Assembly (NCBI GenBank): GCA_965216875.1
Contig: OZ244207.1
Coordinates: 7,968,001-8,032,000, forward strand
Source of the DNA: Rubripirellula sp.
GTDB lineage: Bacteria > Planctomycetota > Planctomycetia > Pirellulales > Pirellulaceae
DNA length: 64,000 bases
Reading direction: 5' to 3'
The position numbers and the translations under genes were made by a program. The notes under the pieces are model-generated. The model was given only the letters and a program-made list of their open reading frames with translations, was not told the origin of the DNA and made no database searches. Shown piece by piece: positions 40,001-47,372 of the stretch (position 1 is its first letter; every line of letters begins with the position of its first letter).

Positions 40001-42837
40001 TCGAGCACATCGCGGAACCTGGTTGGTGTCCAATCGGCTCGGAAACCGGTGATGGCAATGTCGTCGCCCTCGGGCGGCCACTCGTGTCGCATCAGTTGAA
40101 TCCGAGTCATCAACGAACTGGTTCCCAAACCGTCGCCAAACAGGTCGGGCATTTTTGATGCGAGTGCAAAGTTGTGAGGGCTGTGCCAAGGTTCATCTAA
40201 GTTGAATTGGTCATACAGCCCTTGATAACCTAGGAACGGCAGCAGATGAACTCGCCAACTGAGATGTGGGATCCCGTTTTCGTCCTGGTATCCCGCCGTT
40301 GGAATCACGGGCAACTGCTTGTAGGCCGAGTGATAGTTGTGCATCCCTAAAGTGAGCGCATGCAAGTTTGCCAGCACCAAGTCGGTCGTGTTTGCATAGA
40401 CCTCAATTTGCGCGACGGCGGTGTCGGTCCTGAGCCCATCAAAGATGGAATACTCGAACGTGTCGGTGCCAACGAAACCCTCTTCGGGCACGTATTCGAA
40501 CGTGCCATCGGCGCTGAAGCTTAGACTTCCATTGAGAGGACCGCGCGTGAGTGATGCGGCGACGGGATGTTCGGGGCCCAGCTTTCCGACGCCGTCACGG
40601 TCAAACAAAGTGTTCTGAGAAAATCCATCGGCCGTGAGTGTTTGCCCCGGGCCAACGCGGTAGGGCAAGCTCGGTTGCACGTCCGCTTCATCGTTCCCGA
40701 TGATTTCTCGAACCGCGGGAGCGACGGTCGGGTTCTGGGCCAGCTGGTCAACGGCCGCGGCATCTTGGTGCAGGTTGCTGCCGAGCACCGTGACGGTCAC
40801 CGTTTCTTGCCACTGCTCGGAAGTCAGCGCATCGAAAAGCGTGTATTCGAATTGGTCTGTGCCAACGAACCACGACGGTGCGGTATACAAGACAACGCCG
40901 CCTGGTCCGACCGCCGCATCACCATACCGGGGCGGCGAGACTGACAGCACGGACACTGATGGCGACTGGCCGACTGAGTCGTTGGCAGAAACGTCCAGTT
41001 GAAGGTGGTACTGCTGCGTGCTTGCACTGGGTGTGATTGGGGCGAACGCTGGTTGGCTGACCGCAAACGATTCCAACACAACGAGATCGTCTTGTTGGAG
41101 ATTCGATTGGTTCAGCAGGCCCGCAGGGCGAATCGAAGCAGTCCCCGGCGGAAAGGCATTGAGTTGTCGATTGCCATTTTGCCAGAAGCCGCTGACGGGA
41201 TTCGAGGTCAAACGCGATCCGGCCACTGACAAGTTGCTGTCCGCAATGACTGCGGGTACGAGACTCGAGCCTGCCACGGCATTGCGCACCGCCGATCCCG
41301 CCAGCAACTCGGGGCCAGACCAAGGCTCGTTTAGCAGTAGCCGGTTTCCGACCACGCCGTCGATCGACCAAAGGCCGTGTACTGAATCACCAGCGGTGTT
41401 GCGGGTGTAGGTGAAGTCGCCATAGGTTGCGCCTGATTGACTCGAATAGCCATACCACGCAAGCGTCCGCGTGGCAGGTGCCGCGGTGCTCCAACCGGTA
41501 GCGTCGGCCAATTCGATGGTCAGGTCGCCGGGGCGCAGGTCCTGAGCCAGCACCGTGTCTGCTGCGCCTGCATGTTTTTCGACATGCTCGCTTTTTATGG
41601 GCAGGCCGTCGCTGTCGTAGGCGACATAGCCAAGGGAATGGGTTTCGACCGGGGTGGGGACGTCGTCGGTCGGCTGAACGGAGGCAAAGAGACTTAGTGT
41701 GTAGCTTTGAGTCGGATCGACGGTGATGGGTAAATCGGATTCGATCATTTGGATCGACCGATCCGCAACGAAACGAAGATTACCATCAAAGGTTGCCAGC
41801 GTCGGACCCGCTTCGGTCTCGTCACCCGCCGGTCTCATTCGGGCATCAACCAACAAAGTGGTGGAGCTAAGCTGGATCGAGGCAACGCCTGGAGGGATCG
41901 CAGGTTGAACACCTCGTTCGGCATCCCACGTGTGTCCGCCAAAGTCGGACCAGCCGCTTACCTTTTCGTAGCGGTACCACAATCGCGCGATGTCTTCGCG
42001 AAAGGCCGCGTCGTAGGTGCTTGTTGGGAACTGAAGCAGTCGCTGGTCACTGACGGCATTGCGAATCGCGGTGCCCGCCGGAACGGCATTGCCGCTCCAG
42101 GGCTGGTTCAACTCGATGCGATAACCCCCTACAGCTGGATCAAACGAGATGCCGCCCGCTCGCCAAGCTCCTGCATGTTCATCGCCCAAGACGTTGCGCG
42201 TGTAGGTGTAGTCGTCGTAAGTGGTTCCCAATGCATCTTGATATCCATACCAGGCAAGCGCTCGTGACCGGTTGGTTGCGGCGGGATCGTTACTCCAACC
42301 GGTGGCATCGTCAACAACGATCGTTTCGTCGCCAGGATTGATCGGAAGTGTTAGGAGTGTGTCCGAGGCACCAGGGAACTTGCGGACGTGAATCGGCGAG
42401 ACAAGTAAGCCGTCGGCATCGTAAGGGGCATACCCAAGTTCCCAGCCGACTTGATCGGGGACATGAAAGGTGGTCGCTTCGAATCGATACGCAATCGCAG
42501 GGTCGACCAGGACACGTTCGAGAACGTTGTCGCGCCAACCAACCGAATCAAACTCGAAACGATCGGAGCTTTGATCGGTCGTCAGTCGATGCGTTTGGTC
42601 ACCACTTGGATTGATCGACAAATCAATGAAGGCTTGTCCCGATCCGTTGATCGTCGCTTCGTGCCGCGACGCCTCGATCAACAAACCTCCCGCGCGGTAG
42701 TCAACGGTGTTGGCCGCGATCGTCACGTCATCGGGCGTCGTTGCCGAAAGCAGCAACCGCCCCTCGAGCTGTTCCAGCAGCGTTCTTCGTTGATGCGAAC
42801 GCTTCTTGCGTTGTCGTTTGGACATGATGCGAGTCAT
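37069..42837 (-). CDS. Large surface protein: LExR-xLL leader, duplicated unknown domain, two Ig/cadherin-like repeats, three DUF1559 domains, GEVED and dockerin-like C-terminus
   Basis: LEQLEGRLLL; 2x WYGY...YTRN...PWSG; 2x FVGTDxFEY; 3x HNYHSAYKxLP..SWRVxLLPFL..DEPWxSPHN; GEVEDY; GDGNGNGTVDLFDF. Confidence 0.88.
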   Translation of the reverse strand: MTRIMSKRQRKKRSHQRRTLLEQLEGRLLLSATTPDDVTIAANTVDYRAGGLLIEASRHEATINGSGQAFIDLSINPSGDQTHRLTTDQSSDRFEFDSVGWRDNVLERVLVDPAIAYRFEATTFHVPDQVGWELGYAPYDADGLLVSPIHVRKFPGASDTLLTLPINPGDETIVVDDATGWSNDPAATNRSRALAWYGYQDALGTTYDDYTYTRNVLGDEHAGAWRAGGISFDPAVGGYRIELNQPWSGNAVPAGTAIRNAVSDQRLLQFPTSTYDAAFREDIARLWYRYEKVSGWSDFGGHTWDAERGVQPAIPPGVASIQLSSTTLLVDARMRPAGDETEAGPTLATFDGNLRFVADRSIQMIESDLPITVDPTQSYTLSLFASVQPTDDVPTPVETHSLGYVAYDSDGLPIKSEHVEKHAGAADTVLAQDLRPGDLTIELADATGWSTAAPATRTLAWYGYSSQSGATYGDFTYTRNTAGDSVHGLWSIDGVVGNRLLLNEPWSGPELLAGSAVRNAVAGSSLVPAVIADSNLSVAGSRLTSNPVSGFWQNGNRQLNAFPPGTASIRPAGLLNQSNLQQDDLVVLESFAVSQPAFAPITPSASTQQYHLQLDVSANDSVGQSPSVSVLSVSPPRYGDAAVGPGGVVLYTAPSWFVGTDQFEYTLFDALTSEQWQETVTVTVLGSNLHQDAAAVDQLAQNPTVAPAVREIIGNDEADVQPSLPYRVGPGQTLTADGFSQNTLFDRDGVGKLGPEHPVAASLTRGPLNGSLSFSADGTFEYVPEEGFVGTDTFEYSIFDGLRTDTAVAQIEVYANTTDLVLANLHALTLGMHNYHSAYKQLPVIPTAGYQDENGIPHLSWRVHLLPFLGYQGLYDQFNLDEPWHSPHNFALASKMPDLFGDGLGTSSLMTRIQLMRHEWPPEGDDIAITGFRADWTPTRFRDVLDGLSQTIMMIQTGADRAVPWTAPQDQMFDTENPLNTLGEVSADGILVSMFDGQTAVLPADIQADVFKSLATRSEYLDEPYVDAHTLFRQTIDDGDWEPVYGDWDAGGERQTINLKRIGLGFHNYHSAYKQLPPNEGVVGRDENGNYQLSWRVYLLPFLGYSNLWERFHYDEPWDSPHNLSLLDEMPDVFRSEGDPADSNTTRFRTFWGNGALYGYNADGSDRIPRFRDILDGLANTAMAVEAGPDAAVPWTKPDEIQFDPSDPLGGLGTLLGDAFRVLLSDGSQINLPTDVNPETFAALVTKSGREPLDTNTLKRKHSDLNRPDAQRDQSNDLKKVGLAFHNYHSAYKRLPILNESMLDDDGRPLLSWRVYLLPFLEQQALWEQFHLDEPWDSPHNLSLLPLMPDVYRSVGDSWDSVTTRLQTFVDGGTPEFLFRNGAPFSSTGLGPRFRDFLDGLANTILVAESGDDAAVLWTKPDDILFDRHDPYGPLGNVGEGFHTLRADGAVIWERAGRDPERLKQLILHNDRNPHNARSNAVPNQLTVLESDDLGRFDVRITDLAIDNLDLSEAFVVEVAVDDPTLINVFPNSLTFDHSNWNIERSITFQAIDNDEVDGPRTTTITIGDQDFEITIVDDDGPLSLDYGDAPDSLRTLHQTNGARHVASGPQLGASRDAEVDGQPTLLADGDGSDDDGVMFGEIHAGNALAGVNVDLQGAGAAKVDAWIDFNADGQFSANERILDSAPLVAGLQTLNFAVPSGAVVGETYARVRVSTAGGLGSHGLAWDGEVEDYRVQILGPRPNVAQIVINDGNDQRSSLTQVAVAFDSQVDVGPGAFAIRRADNGQLVEHLAVSSSLVDGNTVSVMTFLPGTGVVTRTNDGHTLADGDYILDIVASQITTVDHSVAMESDLEFGTHANDDFFRRYGDGNGNGTVDLFDFASFRSTYGKEAGMDGYLEHFNAEGVAAVNLFDFAAFRTNFGS

Positions 42838-43451
42838 TGCGCGGATCGCTTCGCCGAAGTTTCGGTCACGTCGCTAATGTAGGTCTGGCGGATCTTCGTG
42901 AGCTGTTCCCAGACAGGGTCTTTGCGATCGTTGGGGGACACGCAGGCGAAGAGGTACTGCAGCGTTCCGCGTTTCCAAATCGTTACCTCCAAATTCAGCA
43001 CTTGGGGCTTTTTCGTTGTGAATGGTTCGACCCACTCGAGCTTTCCACGATAACTTGAGTGGCCCTTAATCGGATTGGCGAGCGGGCCAAGTGTCAGGGC
43101 GAATTCGTTCGGATTGGTATCACCGAGATTTCGCCCCATGACAGCCTTGCATAGACCTCGGTAGTACTTCAGCAGCTCTGATTCGATGGTCGGTTTTTCG
43201 AGTGGCTTGCTGTCATCAAGGACAAAGACAAACGCATAGCTAAAGAAAGTGTCCGAATCTGCATCCATCATGCCCGGTGCGAAACGGATGTGCTCTGTGC
43301 CACGAAGTGACATGTCGCGCGCGAATCCGGGTGGCAATTTGATCGTTTCACCACCCCAGTTCGCTGGTGCCTTGAGCGGAGCGTCGCTCGACTCCTGGGC
43401 GAAGCCCAAGCCGTGGATTGCTGCAAACACGCATAGAAGGACAAGACGCAT
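42834..43451 (-). CDS. Secreted hypothetical protein
   Basis: Signal peptide MRLVLLCVFAAIHGLGFA; ATGA overlap with the downstream giant gene. Confidence 0.75.
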   Translation of the reverse strand: MRLVLLCVFAAIHGLGFAQESSDAPLKAPANWGGETIKLPPGFARDMSLRGTEHIRFAPGMMDADSDTFFSYAFVFVLDDSKPLEKPTIESELLKYYRGLCKAVMGRNLGDTNPNEFALTLGPLANPIKGHSSYRGKLEWVEPFTTKKPQVLNLEVTIWKRGTLQYLFACVSPNDRKDPVWEQLTKIRQTYISDVTETSAKRSAQ

Positions 43452-43566
43452 TCCAACCTCGTGACCCAATTTTCCAACAGGTGAACCCCGCAAACCGAGG
43501 CGGCAGTATACCTCGAATGGGATGTCAAAGGGGCGAAACGGTCGATATCGCGAGCGATGTAACGGC

Positions 43567-44529
43567 CTAGCGTTTTAGCCGAGCGATCGATCCAAGCTTG
43601 CGGAATTGCCAGTACTTGATGGCGAGCCAACAGACGACGAAGACTCCCACGAAGATCATGACGGTGTAGTAGACCGGTTGCAGGTAGTTCTCGGACGCAT
43701 GTTCCATGATTGCACCGCCAGCATCCATGCTGCGTCCGGCCAAGCCTGGCTGCGAAACCACCACCGGGTTTCCATCGGCGTCATACACAATCTTGTCGCC
43801 ACCGAGGATGCGTTCGGGTTGGGCCAAGATCACCGTTGTCGCTGCGACTGAAAACAGCGTCGCTTTCGGATTCTCTTCAACAAACTTGCCAATGAACTTC
43901 ACCATGCGATCCGAATCGTTGCGGATCATCGCCAGCACACCGTCTCGTTGAGTCTTGGGAAGTTTCGCGATGTCGTCTGCGTGGCGTGCGACTTCAATTG
44001 CCTGTTTGTTGGAAAGCTGTACGGCAAGCTCGGCGCCGTCGTCGCCCAGACTGCGGACCAACAACATGCCCACGCCGGGATGCAGCACTTCGCTACGCAG
44101 TGCCGCGCCGCCATGCTTGGCAACCGTTTCGGCAAGCTCTCGCCCGGTCGTGCCAGCGGCCAAACGGGCAAGCGCATCCTTGACTTGCGTCTCAGGCAGT
44201 TCGTCGAGCGCTCGGAGCACGGGCATGATCGATGGTGCGTTGTCGAGTGCGGCAACGGCGTCCGGACCATATTTTCCAGTCAATTTTGCAACTTGCTCGA
44301 CCGCTTCGTCGCCACCTTGTTTGGCCGCAGCGCTCGAGACTCGTTCCAACATTTCCTTGCTGCCCTGCTTGGCAAGGTACTCGGAGGCCTCTTCCGCACC
44401 TTCTTTGCCAAAGAATTTCATCACCGCTTTGGCGAGCGATGATGAAACGGCTGGGGTTGGGGTGGCGGTTGTGGGATTCGCAACTGACAAGCAAACCAGA
44501 CTGACGATGACTAACGCAATCGTTCTCAT
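43567..44529 (-). CDS. Hypothetical helical protein with signal peptide and C-terminal TM
   Basis: N-terminal hydrophobic signal, Ala/Gly-rich helices, VMIFVGVFVVCWLAI anchor. Confidence 0.75.
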   Translation of the reverse strand: MRTIALVIVSLVCLSVANPTTATPTPAVSSSLAKAVMKFFGKEGAEEASEYLAKQGSKEMLERVSSAAAKQGGDEAVEQVAKLTGKYGPDAVAALDNAPSIMPVLRALDELPETQVKDALARLAAGTTGRELAETVAKHGGAALRSEVLHPGVGMLLVRSLGDDGAELAVQLSNKQAIEVARHADDIAKLPKTQRDGVLAMIRNDSDRMVKFIGKFVEENPKATLFSVAATTVILAQPERILGGDKIVYDADGNPVVVSQPGLAGRSMDAGGAIMEHASENYLQPVYYTVMIFVGVFVVCWLAIKYWQFRKLGSIARLKR

Positions 44530-45674
44530 TGAACCGCTTCTCCCACCACAATTTGTTCGTAGAAATTCTCGCGATACGCTTCCTTCAAACCATCACACAA
44601 TCGCGGCAGGGCGATCGCCAATCCTGCACTCGACGTTTCGTGCGTTCGGTCGGGTTGCGAGCCTTGGATAATGGACGCTTCGAGTGACCTCATGTACGCC
44701 GTCATCTTTTCGGTCATCTCCGCTTCAAATCGTTCGGTCATCCACCAGTCGATCACCAAACCAACGGCGAGTCCCACGCCTAAGCCTACAATCGTTCCGG
44801 CAGGACCCAAAACGCTTCCGCCGCCAGCGCCCGCTGCTGCTCCGCCTGCTGTAGCGCCGGCACCAGCTGCCGTTGATACCGCGGCCGTCGTGCCGAACCG
44901 TGCCAAGAGTCCAGCGATCACCGAAACGGCGGCGTAACTTCCGGCTTCGCTGATCACAAGCACCACCACGGCGTTGTAGATGCTCGACGTTCCCTGATCC
45001 GCCGAGTAGCCCTTCATGCGCTGGGCGACCGACGCGAGGAACGAGTCGTAACGGTCAACGTCGACTTCAGGCAAGTCGGCAAGTTCAAGTGACGCTTTGA
45101 TCTCGACCAACATGCGTCGCTGGTTCGCGTCGACCTCATCGCGAAACCGTTGCAGGATCGCGGCGACATCGTCAACCAAACTCTTCTCACTAAAGAGGTG
45201 TTTTTCGAATTTGGCTTTGATGTAGTGTTCGATGCGTTTGTCATCATTCCACCAATCCGACGGCATGCGCCGCGCAATACCAAGCCGCGTTCGAATGCTG
45301 GTCAGGTCTTCGACGAAGGGCGATACGCCACGTCGATAACCTTGGAAGACGCCGCGCAATCGCCGCAAACAACGCTCGGTTGCTTCGCGGTTGAGCATGT
45401 CGGTTTGTTCGATCCGCTTGGTGACTTCTGCATCAAAGAAGGCGGCTCGCTGGACGACACGCTGAGCCGACGGCGGATCAAAAGCCACTGATTCACCAGC
45501 GGTTGATTCGGCAGGTACCATCACCGGCGGCTTGGGCACATCGAGTTCCGCCGGCCGTCGTTGTGTCATGACGACCATCGAAACGCTCGCCGCGATCACG
45601 GCGAGCCAAAGCGACGCGGCTGCAGGGTGTGCAGGCCCAACGTTCGTTGCCGGCGATGGTCTTTGAGGGAACAT
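44526..45674 (-). CDS. Hypothetical membrane protein with glycine-zipper hairpin
   Basis: N-terminal TM; GAGATAGGAAAGAGGGSVLGPAGTIVGLGVGLAVG; ATGA overlap with the next gene. Confidence 0.75.
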   Translation of the reverse strand: MFPQRPSPATNVGPAHPAAASLWLAVIAASVSMVVMTQRRPAELDVPKPPVMVPAESTAGESVAFDPPSAQRVVQRAAFFDAEVTKRIEQTDMLNREATERCLRRLRGVFQGYRRGVSPFVEDLTSIRTRLGIARRMPSDWWNDDKRIEHYIKAKFEKHLFSEKSLVDDVAAILQRFRDEVDANQRRMLVEIKASLELADLPEVDVDRYDSFLASVAQRMKGYSADQGTSSIYNAVVVLVISEAGSYAAVSVIAGLLARFGTTAAVSTAAGAGATAGGAAAGAGGGSVLGPAGTIVGLGVGLAVGLVIDWWMTERFEAEMTEKMTAYMRSLEASIIQGSQPDRTHETSSAGLAIALPRLCDGLKEAYRENFYEQIVVGEAVQ

Positions 45675-45772
45675 GTTATGTCATTGAAGTTTTTCGGATC
45701 GTATCCAACTTCGAATCCAACCTGCATTCTAAGGCCGTTTGAGCCGATGGACTACATCGTCCGATTTCACCC

Positions 45773-45921
45773 ATGAGCCGCACGCGCTAGCGTCGGGCCC
45801 CATAGCAATCGACTCCATAGCAATCGGCACCAGAGCAATCAGCTTCCAAACACCGGCGAGGGTTTGCATCCAACACTCCCTCCCGGACTCTGCGCCCGAC
45901 CCTCCCACAAGCGAAAGGGGG
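45773..45921. repeat. GTGAG-family REP, three 15-bp tandem units and a degenerate CCCTCCC-type palindrome
   Basis: ATGAGCCGCACGCGCTAGCGTCGGGCC 45773-45799; CCAKAGCAATC units 45800-45844; CCCTCCC element ~45876-45921. Confidence 0.7.
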
Positions 45922-45989
45922 ATTGGCAAGCACAAGACGTGCGCAGAAACACTAGGCTCAGAAGGAGCCACCTCGGGGCGCCGCGATTC

Positions 45990-47372
45990 TCAAGACTCGA
46001 ATGACGAATCCGGCGATTGGGGCGGTTGCCGTTTGCGGTCTTCCCGTCGCGATCGCAAGTATTGCATGCCCACAAGCGTTGCCACCACGCCAACCGCTTG
46101 GGTGGAGCGGCCCGTGGCGCCGGAAAGATCGATTTGCGTTTCCTCTTCGGATCGCTCGGCATTCCCGACCGGCGGCATCGCCTCGGGAATGCGATCCTGT
46201 GCGGCAACCGATTGCGCCTGGTCAATGACGGAACCTTCAAAGGTGCGGAACAAGCCAATGCCATAAGACCATTGATCGGCTTGATCCAACCGAGCTGCGG
46301 AGTCGAGTTCATCGTCCGACCAGACATCGCCGCCAGTCTGTTGTCCCGATGCCAACAGTAACATTCCTTGGGCCGAATTCACCTTGCCCATTTGAATTGC
46401 TTCGCGTGCCGCGTTGGCTCGATGATAACGATCCAACAAGTCCGCCGCTTGAAATTCAATGCGGCTTCGGTCGTCGGCGATGGCGTCCAATGCGCTTTCA
46501 AACTCATTCAAAGCTTCGGCTTGTTGAGCGGTGCGCTGTAGCCATGAGTCGAGCAGCGAGTCGGCGGTCCCGAGTCCATATCGGACAGAAGAGCCACTCG
46601 TAGATTCAGCAGACGTTTCAAGGAATGAGATACCAGCCTGGTTGAGCAACCCAAGACTCGTCCGGTCACCGACGGCCGATTCACTGGCCGACAACGGCAC
46701 CGACAATGGCTGACGGAACGTCGGACTGTCCATTGATCGATCGCCACTCGCGCCGGCGTCCGCCTCGCTTCCCGTTGCATCCATCGCATCGCTCATGCTT
46801 GAGTCGACTGGAGAGGAATCCATCGAGGGCGTCGAGGCAGAGGGTGTGGGAGTTTCTGAGGGAATGAATTCGCCGCTCGGTACTCGCGACCCAATCAGCA
46901 GCGCCGGCATGTCGATCGCGGAAGCATCGGGTGTTTCCGTTAGCGAGGACCCCATCGATGAACCAATCTCGTCTCGGTCCATCGGGTCAGATCGTCGATC
47001 ACGGTCATGAGAACTCGAATGCTGGCCACTTCCGGAGCGTTGCTGGTGTTTTCCAATCGATTGATGTTGGGAGCGTTGTTCGTGAACCAGTTCCGCTTCC
47101 GGGACGCGAGACGAAGTCAAACGGAACGCGTCCTCTTGCCGAGCTTGTTGGAATTGCAACGCTTGCTGCAGTCGCATGCGCAACACACTTGGGCTGCCGC
47201 TCATCAAGATGGTGATTTGATCGGCTTGGGCCAATCGAGAATCGTTTGAGTGCACTTCGCCAATGAACGTGATCAAGCCCTGAGCGCTCAACATGGTCCG
47301 TGGCTCGAGACGCTGTGCGGCGAGTCGGCGAGCTGGTCGTGTTTTCGATCGTCGTTTCGTTTTTCGTTTCAT
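45990..47372 (-). CDS. Low-complexity protein with planctomycete LEPRxxL leader and C-terminal hydrophobic anchor
   Basis: RRLAAQRLEPRTMLSA; S/D-rich body; AVGVVATLVGMQYLRSRR. Confidence 0.72.
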   Translation of the reverse strand: MKRKTKRRSKTRPARRLAAQRLEPRTMLSAQGLITFIGEVHSNDSRLAQADQITILMSGSPSVLRMRLQQALQFQQARQEDAFRLTSSRVPEAELVHEQRSQHQSIGKHQQRSGSGQHSSSHDRDRRSDPMDRDEIGSSMGSSLTETPDASAIDMPALLIGSRVPSGEFIPSETPTPSASTPSMDSSPVDSSMSDAMDATGSEADAGASGDRSMDSPTFRQPLSVPLSASESAVGDRTSLGLLNQAGISFLETSAESTSGSSVRYGLGTADSLLDSWLQRTAQQAEALNEFESALDAIADDRSRIEFQAADLLDRYHRANAAREAIQMGKVNSAQGMLLLASGQQTGGDVWSDDELDSAARLDQADQWSYGIGLFRTFEGSVIDQAQSVAAQDRIPEAMPPVGNAERSEEETQIDLSGATGRSTQAVGVVATLVGMQYLRSRREDRKRQPPQSPDSSFES

